Of a stretch of 64,000 nucleotides of DNA, positions 35,669 through 50,964 are shown one piece after another. The notes beneath the pieces were generated by a model. That model searched no databases, had not been told where the DNA came from, and worked only from the letters and a program-made list of their open reading frames with translations. Position 1 is the stretch's first letter. Each line of letters starts with the position of its first letter. The position numbers were made by a program, and so were the translations under genes. The DNA is from Azolla caroliniana (taxonomy: Eukaryota; Plantae; Polypodiophyta), in assembly GCA_043228905.1 (NCBI GenBank), contig JBHGNT010000011.1:2542001-2606000 (forward strand), in the 5' to 3' direction.

Positions 35669-35707
<39 letters not shown>

Positions 35708-36892
35708 AAAAAGATTACACGGGACAAGAAGTGGTGGAAGCTTGAGACACCGTTGATCTCAACTATCACCGATTTGATGTACTCCAAATAATTATTTTGA
35801 TGCTAGTTTATTTTGATGTAATTGGAAGTAGATGTGCTCCAAATATCAACCTTGAATGTCGATATCCAAATGTATGGTGAAAATGTTTTTCAGGTGAAAC
35901 CAAGTTTATTGTAAACTTGATGGTTGAAACTTTAGTGGTTCCACCGAGACAATAAAGAAACGTTTTTGGACCTTGACATTGTTTATATATAACAGGACTC
36001 AAGGGGAAAACAAAACGATTTCATTTCATTGTGTGCTTGTCTATTAGATTTTTGACATCCTTTTTCCCAACAAATATGAATGATTCTTACCTAGACTTCA
36101 AGCTATGCAATAAATCGATATCATCAATAGTTGAAATTCACAAAAACAAAGCCCAAATCTAGAGGAATTTTGCTTTCATAATATGACATGACATTGTTTT
36201 CATCTATACAAAAGTAATTGATGAATCAAAAAAACATGCATGTTCGCTAAAGGTCATATATATATATATATATATATTTATGTATAATTATGTACAAAAC
36301 ATGCATCAAGAAGTATCATATGTTAGCACATTCAAAGGAGTAATCGCGAAATAAGTCTCAACTTTGTAAAGGTTGAGGTTTGATTGCTTTAAGAGTAGAA
36401 ATATGTCACGAGTCTACTTTTGAACAGCCATTACATGCAGTAATTATGTTGCCTAGAAAAGAAAGGCATAATCTCGAAGACACCATTATGTTCTTAAACT
36501 CCTTCACTAAGTTTTCATATTCATTGTAATAACGTAATAATGTAATAATGTGCTTTAGCCATCCCAAAATTTTTACTTATACTCGAACTTAGTGATTTGT
36601 CTCTTAATGAAAACTACATTAAAGCAAAATACAGCAAAGTACTAAACAAATAACCACAGTTTTTTAAGGAACAACCAAAATATCCCTCCACAATACACAA
36701 ATATTCAAAAACTTATGCTTCGCTACAAAGTACCCAACAATGTTGTGCTCTCCATTTAACATTTCAATGAATGAATCAAAGAAAAAATCTCACCATTATT
36801 GAGGTATGCTGGGCTCCAATGCAATAGGCTTATGATGATTTCGGAAGATGTCCAAATGAACGATGTGCAAGAAACATTATCAGAAGCTATGG

Positions 36893-38580
<1,688 letters not shown>

Positions 38581-39192
38581 AGCTGCTGCTACAGTCCACG
38601 ATCACTCATTCAATCCTCTCTCGTATTTGTATGGAACAATCGATCCCTTGCGTCATAGCCATGGTCAAGACTCAAAAACGTTGAAGTCTGAACCCCTTCA
38701 TCGCGTCCGGCGCCCAACCGCCGCGATATCCATCAGTATTCGGACATGTCGAGTTATGTACCTACTGCTCGTGGTCTGGTTGTTCAGGACCATGGTTTGT
38801 AACATTTGTACTCCGTCGGTCGGGTTGTATTCCTTCATGGAGCTCGTCCAGGTCTCAAATCATCTCTAGTTTGAGCAGGTGCTTTTTGCCTCTCTCAGTA
38901 ATCGTCATGAGTTAAATAAAGAGTGAGAAACAATGCCAAGACATTTAATGAGTGATAAACAATACCGAGATGCCCATTGGGAGCAAGGTTAGCATGTGTT
39001 AAAATCCATGTGGCTTCTTGACCACCTAAACACTTAAAACTCAAGCTAGTAAAAGTGGAGGCCAAGTGAGTTGTACACAATCCTCACATCACATTGTTGG
39101 TCTAAGAGAAAAGAGAACCGTCCAAAATCTATTAAAATATGTCCATCTTGGAATGGTGTCTCATATACCCTTTCTCATCATTGAAACAAAAG

Positions 39193-42100
39193 TGTAAAAG
39201 AATACTTGTGCAGAAGCGTATGCGTAAGAACATAGAGTACATGGTTCGGAAGTACGACAATTCGGTGAAACACATAAATCACAGAGAGAGAGAGAGAGAG
39301 AGCAGAAACTACGAAACTATATTCAAAAAATAATTCTATGTATGTTCTCTTTACATATTTCGTGCTCAGTGAGCACCTTTTATACAAGCCCCGACTATTG
39401 GGCTGACACAAGTACTGACAGTACTTGACCGCTCATAAATGAGCCTCCTACACTAACTCCCAAAACTATTCCTTACGAGGAATAACGTTCTAACGGCCTT
39501 TCAGTTTAAACACCGCCACGACCATATTTTGCGTATGGTTTTACGCACCCAATCTACGTACCGGGTTACGCACCCAATGTTGAGCTTGTCTCTCAACACA
39601 CCCCTCAAACTCAACTTGAGATTCTGCGTGCTCCTCCGGATCTTCGCTCCGGCTCCTCCTGGCTTCACGCCTCACTCGCGCTCCTCAACCCGTTCAATTC
39701 CGCGCGCTTCGACCCTTCCGGTTGGCTTGTCTGCTCATGCGGCTCTTTTCAGCTCCCTTGTTGTCGCGGTGTTGGCGCCTCTTCCGCTGCCCTTTCCTCC
39801 GCTTGGCCCTCAGTCGATTCGTAATGTCTGAATCGAGCATTTCGATTAAATCAGACACTTCCGATTCAATTCCACTTTCGCCCAAATTGGCTGTCTTCAA
39901 TTCGTCTTCAGTCTTTAGGCCCTTGACAACATCAGACCACGTCTTGGTCTTGGCCTTTACGCCCTTCTTGGCTGTATTTCCCCTTTGTTCGACTGTCTTC
40001 AACTCTTCCTTATGATTATGGCCCCTGTTTCCTTCTTCTTCGGCTTCTTCGACCGGCCCGAAATCAAATTCTTCATCCGTTTCAGCATAGCGGTCACTAT
40101 CGCTCCTTTCACGCTCATGTTCCTGTCTCCCCCTCAAGTTCGACGTGTCGAGGTGACGCAAACCCAACTCACCCGAGAAATGCCGTAACTTGTCGAGACC
40201 AAGGGGCTTGGTGAAGATGTGGGCAATCTGTCGACCCATCGAAACATACACTAGTTCGACTTCACCAGAAAGGACACGCTTGCGGACGAAATGATAATGC
40301 ACCTCAATGTGCTTGGTCCGAGCGTGGAACACAAGGTTCTTTGCAAGGTGGATGTTGTTGAGGTTGTCGCAATAGATCATTGTTGGATCGGACACCTCCA
40401 CATGCAGATCCCGTAATAGCCGTTTCAGCCAGATGACTTCACACGTAGCGATAGTCGCCCCTCAATATTCGGCTTCCGTGCTCGACAATGCTACTGTCAG
40501 CTGCTTCTTACTACTCCACGCGATCGCCACACTTCCCAATGAGAATGCATATCCAGACGTGGATCTACGATCGTGGGCATTTCCAACCCAATCGGCATCT
40601 ATGTAGCCGACTAACTGTTCGGCTACGCCTGCACGATACAACAACGCCATGTCTTTTATGCCGCTGACATATCGTAATATTCTTTGCGCGCACTGAAGGT
40701 GTTTGGTCATGGGTTGCGACATAAATTTACTGATCATTCCAACCGGATAGCTGAGGTCGGGCCGAGTGATCGTCAAGTAAATGAGGCTTCCAACAATCTG
40801 TCGAAACCATGTCGGGTCGCACGCCTTTCCCGAATCTCGCCGAAGCTTTACTTTTCTATCCAGAGGGGTCGAGATGGGCTTACAATCTGCCATCCCGAAC
40901 TTAAAGAGCATATTCAGCGCGTAATGACGCTGACTCATCAATATGCCTTCGGGGGAATAGATCAATTTGATCTCAAGGAAGTAATGAAGGTCTCCAAGAT
41001 CCTTCATTTCGAATGATGCCGCAAGCTGAGACTTGACGCTGCCGATTTCTTCTAGGTCGGTACCGGCGATGACTAAATCATCAACATAAAGTAAAAGGCT
41101 AACCGGTCCATGTTTACCTTGCCGAACAAATAATGAAGAGTCCGAATTGGACGTCGTAAACCCCATTCTACACAACCATTGCGTAATCTTCGTGTTCCAA
41201 GCTCGCGGGGCTTGCTTAAGTCCGTATAACGTCTTCTTCAATCGGCAAACTGCCGAAGTGTTCTATTCGGATAGAAATCCAGGGGGTTGTACCATGTGCA
41301 CCCGTTCCTCAAGATCACCTTGTAGGAATGCATTCTTTACATCCATATGATGTAGATGCCACCCCTTCGCCGCAGCTACGGCTAGCAGAACTCACACGGT
41401 AGTCATCTTCGCGACTGGTGCGAAGGTCTCATCGTAATCTACGTTATGCTTCTGTGCGTAGCCTTTCGCAACCAAACATGCCTTATATCGGTTGATGGAG
41501 CCGTCGATGTTGTATTTCACCTTATACACCCATCTACATCCGATCGACTTTACACCCTTCGATACGTCAACTAGGTCCCAAGTCTCATTGTCCGTTAAAG
41601 TGCGCATCTCTTCCTCCATCGCGGCATGCCAATTTGCGTCTTCCGCCGCTTCTACATAGCTCTCCGGCTCACGTACTTCCGACACTCGTGTCATGTACGC
41701 GTAATGGTGCGCCATGTATTCATTGTACCCGTACCTCTTTACGGGGTTTGTGAGGCGGGTAGATCGGCGTAATTCGTGATTACCCAATTTCACGGCCTTT
41801 TCGGCTGGTTTTGACTTCTTCCATGGAGATTCCTTTTCGATTGGCCCGAAATTAGACTCGCTTTGATCTGATTTGGCACTGCCGAAATCATATTCCGACA
41901 CTTTCTTCTTCCCTTTTTTTTTACGCGTAAACCGTCTCCTCGGTTCTCTACGCGGGGACAACACGGTTGAGTCTCCACTACTCGTCGGCTCTTCATTTGG
42001 TTGGCCTTCTCGGCCCAACCCCTCATTCGACCCACTTAGCCAAAATGAGATCAGACTCTTTGTCAGAGCTCCGATTTCCTCGTCACGCGGAGGCAGCTCG

Positions 42101-43470
42101 GCCTCGCTGACCTCTTCTTTAGAATTCGGAATGGAGTAATGATGTATTGGAGGCGAAGGCAAATACCACGAAGTGGACTTGTCGAACACGACATCTCGGC
42201 TTACGCAAAATTTCTTCGTTCGGGGGTTATAGCACTTATACCCCTGTTGTTCGTTTGAATAACCGACTAAGATGCACTTTTTGGCTTTGGCGTCCAGCTT
42301 CCTCCGTTTCTCCTTTGGCACATGTACGTACGCGATGCTGTCGAAAATCCTCAAGTGTGCCAAGTTCGGATTCTTGCCGTAATTCAACTCTTGTGGCGAC
42401 ACTCCTCCATTAGCAGAGGTCCAATTCTGCAAGTAAAGCGTTGTCCTTATGGCTTCAGCCTAGTAAAACTTTGGCATATGCTTCTCTTCAAGCATTGCCT
42501 TGGCAACTTCTTTGATTGTCCGATTCTTCCACTCGGCTACGTCGTTTTGCTTTGACGTATATCTACACAAGAATTCACATCAAATTCCCTACTTTTGTAG
42601 ATAACTCGTGAACTAGTTGGAGAAGTACTCCTTCTCGGCACGGATCGTAGGCACTTGATCTTACGTCCAGTTTCCCTTTCCGCAAGGCTCTTCACCTTCA
42701 GGAACCACGTGAAGACTTCACTCTTTTTCACGATCAAGCACGCCTAGGTATGTTGAGTGAAGTCATCGATGAAGGTTACGAAGTAACAGCTTCCACCAAG
42801 ATTCACGTTCTATGTCGGTCCCCACACATTCGAGTGGATCAAATACAACGGATTTCGACTACGATTACACTCATTGGGGAATGGAAGTCGGTGATGCTTC
42901 CCGAGTTGGCAGGCTTTGTAGACTTGGTCATTATGGCCCCGAAATTTTTGCAATCCAAAAACAGTTCTTCGTCTGTGTTTCACAAAGCCGTGGGAAGTTA
43001 AGGTGGCCGAACCGTTTGTGCCACATGTCGATATCCGATTCGACCGTCTGTCCTTTCACAAACAACGTGGTTCCGGGTTGGTTGGTGTCGAGGATGAACA
43101 TCCTCCCTTCATAGCGCCCTTGCGCAATTACTTTGTCTTCTTCTTCGATGTAGCACCCGAGGTGCGTGAATTGAACTTGCATCCCTTGGTCGATGATTTG
43201 ACCGACCGACCCTAGGTTCTTGGTTATTGTCGGGACGTGCAACATGTTCATGAGTTTCCCTTTCTACCCGATGTGGGTGAGGGGAACTTCTCTGACATGT
43301 TCGATGGTATGCAGAGTGTCATCTCCTATTTCGACCCCTCCTTGCTTTTCTGGTTTCTCCAAGTACGAGAACCATTCCTCGTGACTCGTCATATGATTCG
43401 ACGCTCCGAAATGAACATACAACACCTTGCTTGGTTTCAAGGTGTTCACGACCATCGAATTCGCCTTGTG
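39193..43470 (-). mobile_element. Copia element I (A family), 5'-truncated; 3' LTR 39193-39598
   Basis: PR, INT, RT (YVDD) and RH fragments on the minus strand; LTR starts TGTTGAGAGACAAGCTCAAC as in A. Confidence 0.88.
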
Positions 43471-44530
43471 CTACATGGACATACATACATATATGCATTC
43501 ATACATTGCTAAACGTATATACGTACATATGCCTACAGTGATACACGTATAAATTTTACAAACATACATCCATACACATACACACATATATATGCATTAC
43601 ATACATATTCCACATATCACCATATATATAGGTCATACAATGCTGGCTATTTCCGACTCACTTACCGCCCTCCCTTCGCTGTCGACCCCAGGAATTGTCT
43701 CGTACTAGCCATCACTGAAGGGCACTGTTTTTAGCTATAGGTACTTACATTAAGTAGTCAGTCCGAAAGGCGATGTAACTAGTCTCATTTTCTTGAACCT
43801 GATCGGAGGGAGATTCCCCGATCTATGTATAAGCCTCCTTGTACAGTCTCTTTGTAATAATCCCTCCTAACTAATGGAAAAATAGCTTAATTTTGGAAAA
43901 AAAAAAACTACAAATTACAATACGTACATAATACATACATATTACAGACACACATGTATGCATACACATACAAACATATGTAGACATTACATATTACATA
44001 TATACACATATGTACATTCATATATTCATTGAACAAATAATGGATCCAATATACACATCGAAACTTACACACAATGTCATGTCATATATAGAATACATAC
44101 AACACATGCAATACAATACAATACATACATACACACATCCCATACATACAATGCATAGGTATATACAATAGATACATCATACAATTAATACAATACAACG
44201 TACATATATATTCACTTACAAATGTACACATATCACACACACACACACACACACACACATACATACATATACATACATATATATACATGTATGTACACAT
44301 ACACATATACACATATGTATATAGAACATACACTCACATAACACACACATACATACACACATGCCATACCAATAATTCATACAAATTACAATACATCATA
44401 TGCATATGCCACACATACAACGCATGGAGTCCAATACATACATATGCACATGTATAGAGCATAACACACACACAAATATAGATATCCACATACATAAACA
44501 TGCACATGTATAGAACATACATATACAACG
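43470..44530. repeat. Degenerate (CATA/CA/TA)n low-complexity tract; similar tract at 53634-53945
   Basis: Composition. Confidence 0.85.
43640..43908 (+). mobile_element. Short poly(A)-tailed insertion (truncated LINE 3' end or SINE)
   Basis: Complex sequence ending in an A-run inside a microsatellite tract; no clear TSD. Confidence 0.4.
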
Positions 44531-44625
44531 GGTCTCAAGGTCATGCTAATTGTTTTAAAAAAATGGGGGAAGAAATGGGGGGAGATTAGAAATGTGGTGT
44601 GTTTTAGTAAAAAGTAGGGGGGGAA

Positions 44626-44659
<34 letters not shown>

Positions 44660-44697
44660 TGTATCCTCCTCCCCCCCCCATCCACCTCGAAGCTTCC

Positions 44698-45209
44698 ATG
44701 GCTATTGTAGATCTCGAGTATTGCTGCTTCGTCGGAGGTCTCGCGTGGACCACCGATGATCGCAGCCTTGCCGACGCCTTTCGATACTTCGGCGAAGTTA
44801 TCAACTCCAAGCTTATCAAATGGTTATGAAACAAGATGATCACGAGGTTTTGGCTTTGTGACATTCTCTAATGAGCAAGCGATGACAGATGCAATTGAGT
44901 CGATGAATGGAAAAGAGTTGAATGGAAGCAACATTACTATGAACCAAGATCAAGCGAGATGATGGAGGCTACCATGCCTCCAATAGAGGTGGTGGTTCAC
45001 GATATGGAGATCGTGGAAGTTATGGTAGCAAGGAGAGATCAGATGGAGGAAACAATGGATATGGTGGTAGTGGCCATGCCGGTGGCTATAATGATGCCAA
45101 TGGTGGTGGAAATGGTAGCTATGGTGGCAGCAATCACAGTGGTGGTTATGGTGGGGGTAATAATAGGTATTCAAGTGGTAGCTCGGATTCGCAAAATTGG
45201 AGGAAGTAA
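44698..45209 (+). pseudogene. Processed pseudogene of a glycine-rich RNA-binding protein (GRP7/8-like)
   Basis: EY.CFVGGLAWTTDD, SRGFGFVTF, DAIESMNGKELNG, Gly/Tyr-rich tail ending NWRK*; no intron; stops and frameshifts. Confidence 0.88.
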
Positions 45210-45583
45210 ACAAAATTAAAACTTTACAAACTTTTGTTTGCAAATTGAGTATTGACTTCCTTTTTGCTTTTGTTACTCGAGGCCTTTTGTTATGGTTCAG
45301 ATGGGAAAAAAACTGATATCCCTAAAGAGATGATTCTAGAGAGAGAGAGAGAGCACCATGAGCGTGATCGACCTCGTCTTTGAAGTAGTCCACCTCTAGC
45401 GAGCAAGGATGTGCAAGACGAGTTACAAGAAGGCGGGAGAGAAGGATAAGTTCTAATGTGTGAACTTTCGTTTTTTGTTTTTTCCATCGATTTTTCCATC
45501 GATGTGATTGCGACACACACACACAAACTCAGCTAAGTCTCGAACCCATTTATTTTACCTTTTTTTTTCTTATTGACACCACA

Positions 45584-47226
45584 ATGACGTCTAGACGGAC
45601 TAAGGAACATAAGGATATACAAGACGAGGCTATAAGTAAGGAGGACTTTTTAGATATGTTTAATCGTTTAACAAAAATAGAGATGGATATGAAAAAATGG
45701 GTGAAAGACACTGAAACCCACAAGAAAAAAGATAGAGAGGAAAAAGACGCCCTCAAGGCCGAAATAGAACAACTTAAAGTAGAAAACATCGACCTTAAAA
45801 AACAACTTAAGGACATCGAGGTATCTCGAGAAGACGGTGAAATATCCTCTATAGAGGATATAAAGGACGAAATTAAAAAAGTTAAAGAGGAAGTTAATAA
45901 TAACATAGAGTTAGCTAAAACGGGTTGGGTAGATGTGGTTAAAAGAAACATTAAAAAAGAAATAAAAGATGAAAATATTGTTAATACCACCCTTGAAGAA
46001 GAGAAAATGCGTCAGGCCCGACGCTTAAATGTACGTTGTCGTAGTGTATTTCGTACACTACGTGAAAAAGTAAAAATAATATAACCGATTTAATTACATA
46101 TAAATAAATAAAATAAGAATATCAAGATATTTATCACCAATAAATAAAATAAGAACATCAAGATATTTATCACGTGCATAGGGCAAGATTTGAACCTTGT
46201 ACCTCCACATAGCCAAACCTCAACTTTACCATTATACTACCTTATCTTTAGTGTTCTATAAATAGATTTAATAACTATAAGCTCTTTATTTGCACCTACC
46301 TTTATTAAAAGGTAAATCGTGCATTTTTAGAGTGCGTGAATATTTTATAGAAAAACGCAAGCAACTAAAAAGTGACTCATGCACATCTAGCGTGCATGAG
46401 CACTATATTTAGCAAATAAAAGCAAGGATTAGAAAAGCATCACATGCACATTTAGTGTGCATGAACATATTAGAAAAAAAAGCATGTAGCTATGCTTAGT
46501 CTCTCCCATCACTACATAAGGATGGGGAGCACAATGTAATAGGCGTGTGAAATATTTGGAAATTGGATATATTTCCGAAAACACCAACCGATTAATATAA
46601 TCGTGGGATTCACGAAAATAATATAATCTATACTTGTGGGATTCACAAGTTTCTTATATCTTTCTTTCAATCTAAATACATATTCTTATCTAAATATTGA
46701 TTAATCGAATAAAATACACTCGTGGGATTCACGAAATTTCTATCTCTCTTTCTAATAATCTATTTATTACTAGCCTCATCTCATATTCTTCTTTCTCCTA
46801 GTCCAAAACCTCGGCGGTTCCCACCCGACTCACGCAACGATCCGGCGCCGAAAGGCACGACAACGTGTCACTGGGCTCAAGGAAGGTGCATCCCCAAATG
46901 AGGACGCACAAACACTTGGGAAAATGTTAGGGTACACAGAGGCCCTACCTATCACCAAAGCATGGAGGGCCGGGCGTGACACAACTAGGAAGAGAGCCTT
47001 AGTCCTTCAATTTAAAGACTTAGACTCTAGAATCACTTTCTTTAAGAAGAGACCAATCCTTCGAGGAATGGATGGGGACCCCATCTATCTCGATGAAGAC
47101 CTCACTAAGATGCAAATTGAGCATCGCAAGAGTTGTATGCCACGAGTTATGCAAGCTCGTAAAGAAGGCCATCGCGCCTTTTACCGAGACGGGCGAGTGA
47201 TCATAAATGATCGCACTACTAACTGA
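45584..47226 (+). pseudogene. LINE ORF1 (coiled coil plus RRM-like), interrupted by a solo LTR
   Basis: RRLNVR|VTGLKE rejoins after removing 46037-46866; IYLDEDLT motif. Confidence 0.8.
46037..46862 (+). mobile_element. Solo LTR of the D family, TSD ACGT
   Basis: Reverse complement of the D LTR with about 35 bp internally duplicated; ACGT on both sides. Confidence 0.95.
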
Positions 47227-47232
47227 CGGCGT

Positions 47233-50200
47233 GTGGCCCATGTGACAGAAAATGCACTTAGGATGACCCTATGGAATTGTAATGGCGCACTCTGGGCACA
47301 CCCCGGCCGCCTAGAGGAGATACTAAAGGTATCTGATATACTTTTCTTGGTAGAAACACATCAGAGCTCAAATAGAGGACTCCCACGGGTCGAAGGATTC
47401 CGTTGGGAGTCCGCTTTTAGACAAACCTCACGTCGACACACTACTAGGGGATCTGGGGGTGTCGCGATACTATTTCGTAGAGAGCTACATAATAGGATAG
47501 AAATAATGAAGATAGACCCAGAAGCTCGTTTTATGTGGGTGAAAGTCTCCACAAGCAAAGACCATGCAGTATTTTTCGCCATTTGTTACTTTCCCCCAAA
47601 AGGATCCCGTTATAATATTAGTGGCTTGACGAGATTAGTCGATGAAGGAATGCCACATGGGCCTTCTCCATATGAACCCCTATCGGATGACATAATCCGA
47701 TATTCTTCCCAAGGAGAAGTATTTCTTGTAGGAGACTTCAATGCGAGAACCCAATCCCGACAATGCACAGTATTTCAGATGAATAGAAACCTAGAAATGG
47801 TAAATGTTGATCCTTTAGACATAGGCACCACACGTAGATCAAAGGATCAAGGTGCGGACGCCACGAGCTTTGGCCATCATCTGCTCGAACTTGGCAGTCG
47901 GCACCAGATGGTCATATATAATGGTTTAGCTAAGTGGCCGGGCTCGGAAGAGCTCACATGTTTCCCACATGGAGGAGGGGAAAGCACAGTTGACTATCTA
48001 ATAGGGCGCCCTGAAACTACCCACATGATTAACTCCTTCCGAGTGGCCCCATGCCCTATTGGCGCAGACCATAGTTTCTTATACTTCGAGCTAAAATGTG
48101 ATATCTCTAAGGTCACCGAGTCTAGTCAACCATGCCATCACACCACAATACATTTCACACATGAGCTCTCTGACATATACTCTCAACATGTTCAGGCCCA
48201 TCTCCCCTCCATTGATCCCTCCCTACCGTTAGAAAGCCTTAGTACAAAACTCACACACATCCTTCACTTCGCAGCAGCTAGTAGTTTCCCATATACAAAA
48301 CACTCAAATCAAGGTAGATCAGGATCAATGCCACAAAATAAATGGTATGACGAGGATTGTAGGGACCTACATAGACAACTTACAGTATCGCAACTTAATG
48401 GTAGTATTACCTCCATACAAGCTCGCAAAGAAATGCGTAAGATGACACGTCGTAAGAGACGAGCGTGGGAGGCATCCCAATACTGGGAACTCTACCATAT
48501 GCTCATGAGTAGCGATTGCGCCACGGCATGGAAGAGACTACGGGAGCCAAGACCACAAACACCCATCGAAGATCCCGAAACTTGGCACACATATACAGAG
48601 AGACTTTACCAAATCCCAAACCAACCACCCTTTCCAATGCCTTCCACACCCCGGCCTACCACAGGGACACTTTTCACGACCTCTAGGGTCATGAAGGTCA
48701 TAAAGAAATTACAACATAGGAAGTCCATGGACCACACAGGATTGTGAGTAGAACACATTATATATGCGAGAGAGTGCCTAGCTCCCTTGCTAACTCTAAT
48801 CTTCAATCGTGCCCTTGCGGAGGGTTTTCCACCACAGTGGACTATGAATACAGTGGCCCCCATACATAAAGGGGGGGACTCCATGGACCCAAATACATAT
48901 AGGACCATTATGATAGGCCATACCCTTGCTAAGTTATATGGTGCAGTAATGGAAGCAGAGCTTAGCAACTACATGGAGACCCTAAACCTTCGTGCACCTG
49001 AACAAGCTAGCTTTAGACGAGCCTTCTCCACTATTGATCATATCTTCACACTTAGATGCCTAATTGACCAAACTAAGGCTCGCAAGAAGAAATTATATTG
49101 CTGTTTTGTGTACTTCCGCAAAGCCTTTGACATAGTCCCTAGAGAGCGGTTGTTTGATAGACTTAAAAGCTTGAGGATACCAGATGATATGGTATGGGCC
49201 ATCTACGCACTATATGAACAAGTGTCCGGGTGTGTCCGATGCCCAGGTGGCCTATCCAATCGTTTTACTAGCACTATTGGTGTAAAACAAGGTTGCCCCC
49301 TATCACCGACGCTTTTTGGGATCTACATTGATGAGATCACAGATTTTATTGCTCGTGAGGGAGGCACCGGAGTGGTCCTTGGGGATACGCAGGTTCGTAT
49401 CTTGCTCTATGCGGATGACATAGTTTTGCTCTCTGAATCCGAACACGACCTACAGAGGCACCTTAATGCCTTAGATGACTTTTGTGTACAACGAGGTTTG
49501 GTAGTGAATCTAGGGAAAACGAAAGTCCTTATCTTCCACACATCGGCCCAAGTTAGAGCTAAGTGTCACCTAACTATCTCCCATAGCCCAGTCGAGGTGG
49601 TTGGATCGTACGTCTATCTCGGAGTCACTTTTAGTGCCCGCTCAGGTAAATTTTCGATGACCCAGGCAGCGAAGGATAGACTCACGAGAGGACATGCATC
49701 CCTCTCACTCCTAGAGAGACAATGCCACCAAGCACACTTTTAAGAGCCACGGACTAAAGGGTGGCTCTTTGACTCATTAGTGACCCCCTCCCTCATGTAT
49801 GCATCAGCGGTTTGGGCTCCAAGATTACCATCCTTCATGTGGACGCAATTAGAGAGACCATTGGTGATGATGCTATCACGCCAACTCCGAAGCAAATCGA
49901 CTGTACCACATGACATTATTAGGGCCGAGTTCACGTTACCCCCAATGCTAGTAGAGGCACTTTTTCAACTTGTAGTCTTCATTGATAGGATACATAGCCA
50001 ACCACATGATAGAATATCTCATCAAGCCTTTAAGGCCTCTCGATCATTGTATGAGTCCGGCTATACTAGCTCATGGTATGGCATGATGGTGAGTTGGCTT
50101 CTTGCGAATGGTCTAGACATTAATAACCTACCTCCCCTTAGGTACAACCACACGAGTGATAACACCTTAATCTCTCATGAGAACCGCAATAAAGTAATAC

Positions 50201-50964
50201 GCCAAGAAATATGGCAAATTTACACTCGGTGTAAATGGATCACCCCACTAGAACCACTCCCATCTAAAATGTCGTACTATAAGAAACACTTCATGCACTT
50301 CTCTGAGTTAGGTTTTATCACGCGGCCAAAATATCTAGATGTATTCTTACCACATGCACTAAGGGTTGCCATTGGACAACTTCGAATATCATCTCACCAA
50401 CTTGAGATTGAAAATGGCCGTACTAGTGGAGTCCCTAGGGAGGAAAGGATATGTAGGTTATGCCACATAGAGATAGAGGATGAGTACCACTTTACATGCA
50501 AGTGTCCAACCTATGCCGAGATAAGGGCAAAATACCAAGACATACTTGGTCCGTCTCCCACCCTCCCCAAACTATTAGATACTCTAGATATAAAGAAATT
50601 AGGCAAATACATTCTAGAGCTAAAACAACACAGAGAGAATAAATTACAAAATGTTGACAATAATGTTGCTAATGATCACGAACATGTAACAAATGCAGTT
50701 TTTCAGGAACCTGAGGAGACAACGAATGCCGGCACACTTGCACCACTCGGCCTTTCCATTGATGAGGCAGAAAACCAGAGAAGAACCAGACGTCCTCGGG
50801 TGCCGGGTTTCAAAGCAACTCGACGTGATGTGGAAGCAATATTGAAAATAAGGGAACGTGAGCTACACCGCCTAGAAGCCATGGCGAGGGCACTCTCTAC
50901 ATTGGAACCCACATCAAGACCCTTTGACCCCCCACTTCTTTTCGAGAGGCTTGGGTGGAAATAA
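47233..50964 (+). pseudogene. LINE ORF2 (AP endonuclease, RT, zinc knuckle) with two in-frame stops
   Basis: WNCNG, VETH, GDFNA, DYL..ADH; GVKQGCPLSP, YADD; CRLC..EDEYHFTCKC; the three ORF pieces share one frame. Confidence 0.92.

Noticed and set aside
43715-43778. Hammerhead ribozyme (CTGAAGG...CGAAA)
   Set aside because: Core deviates from CUGANGA and stems I and III cannot be formed
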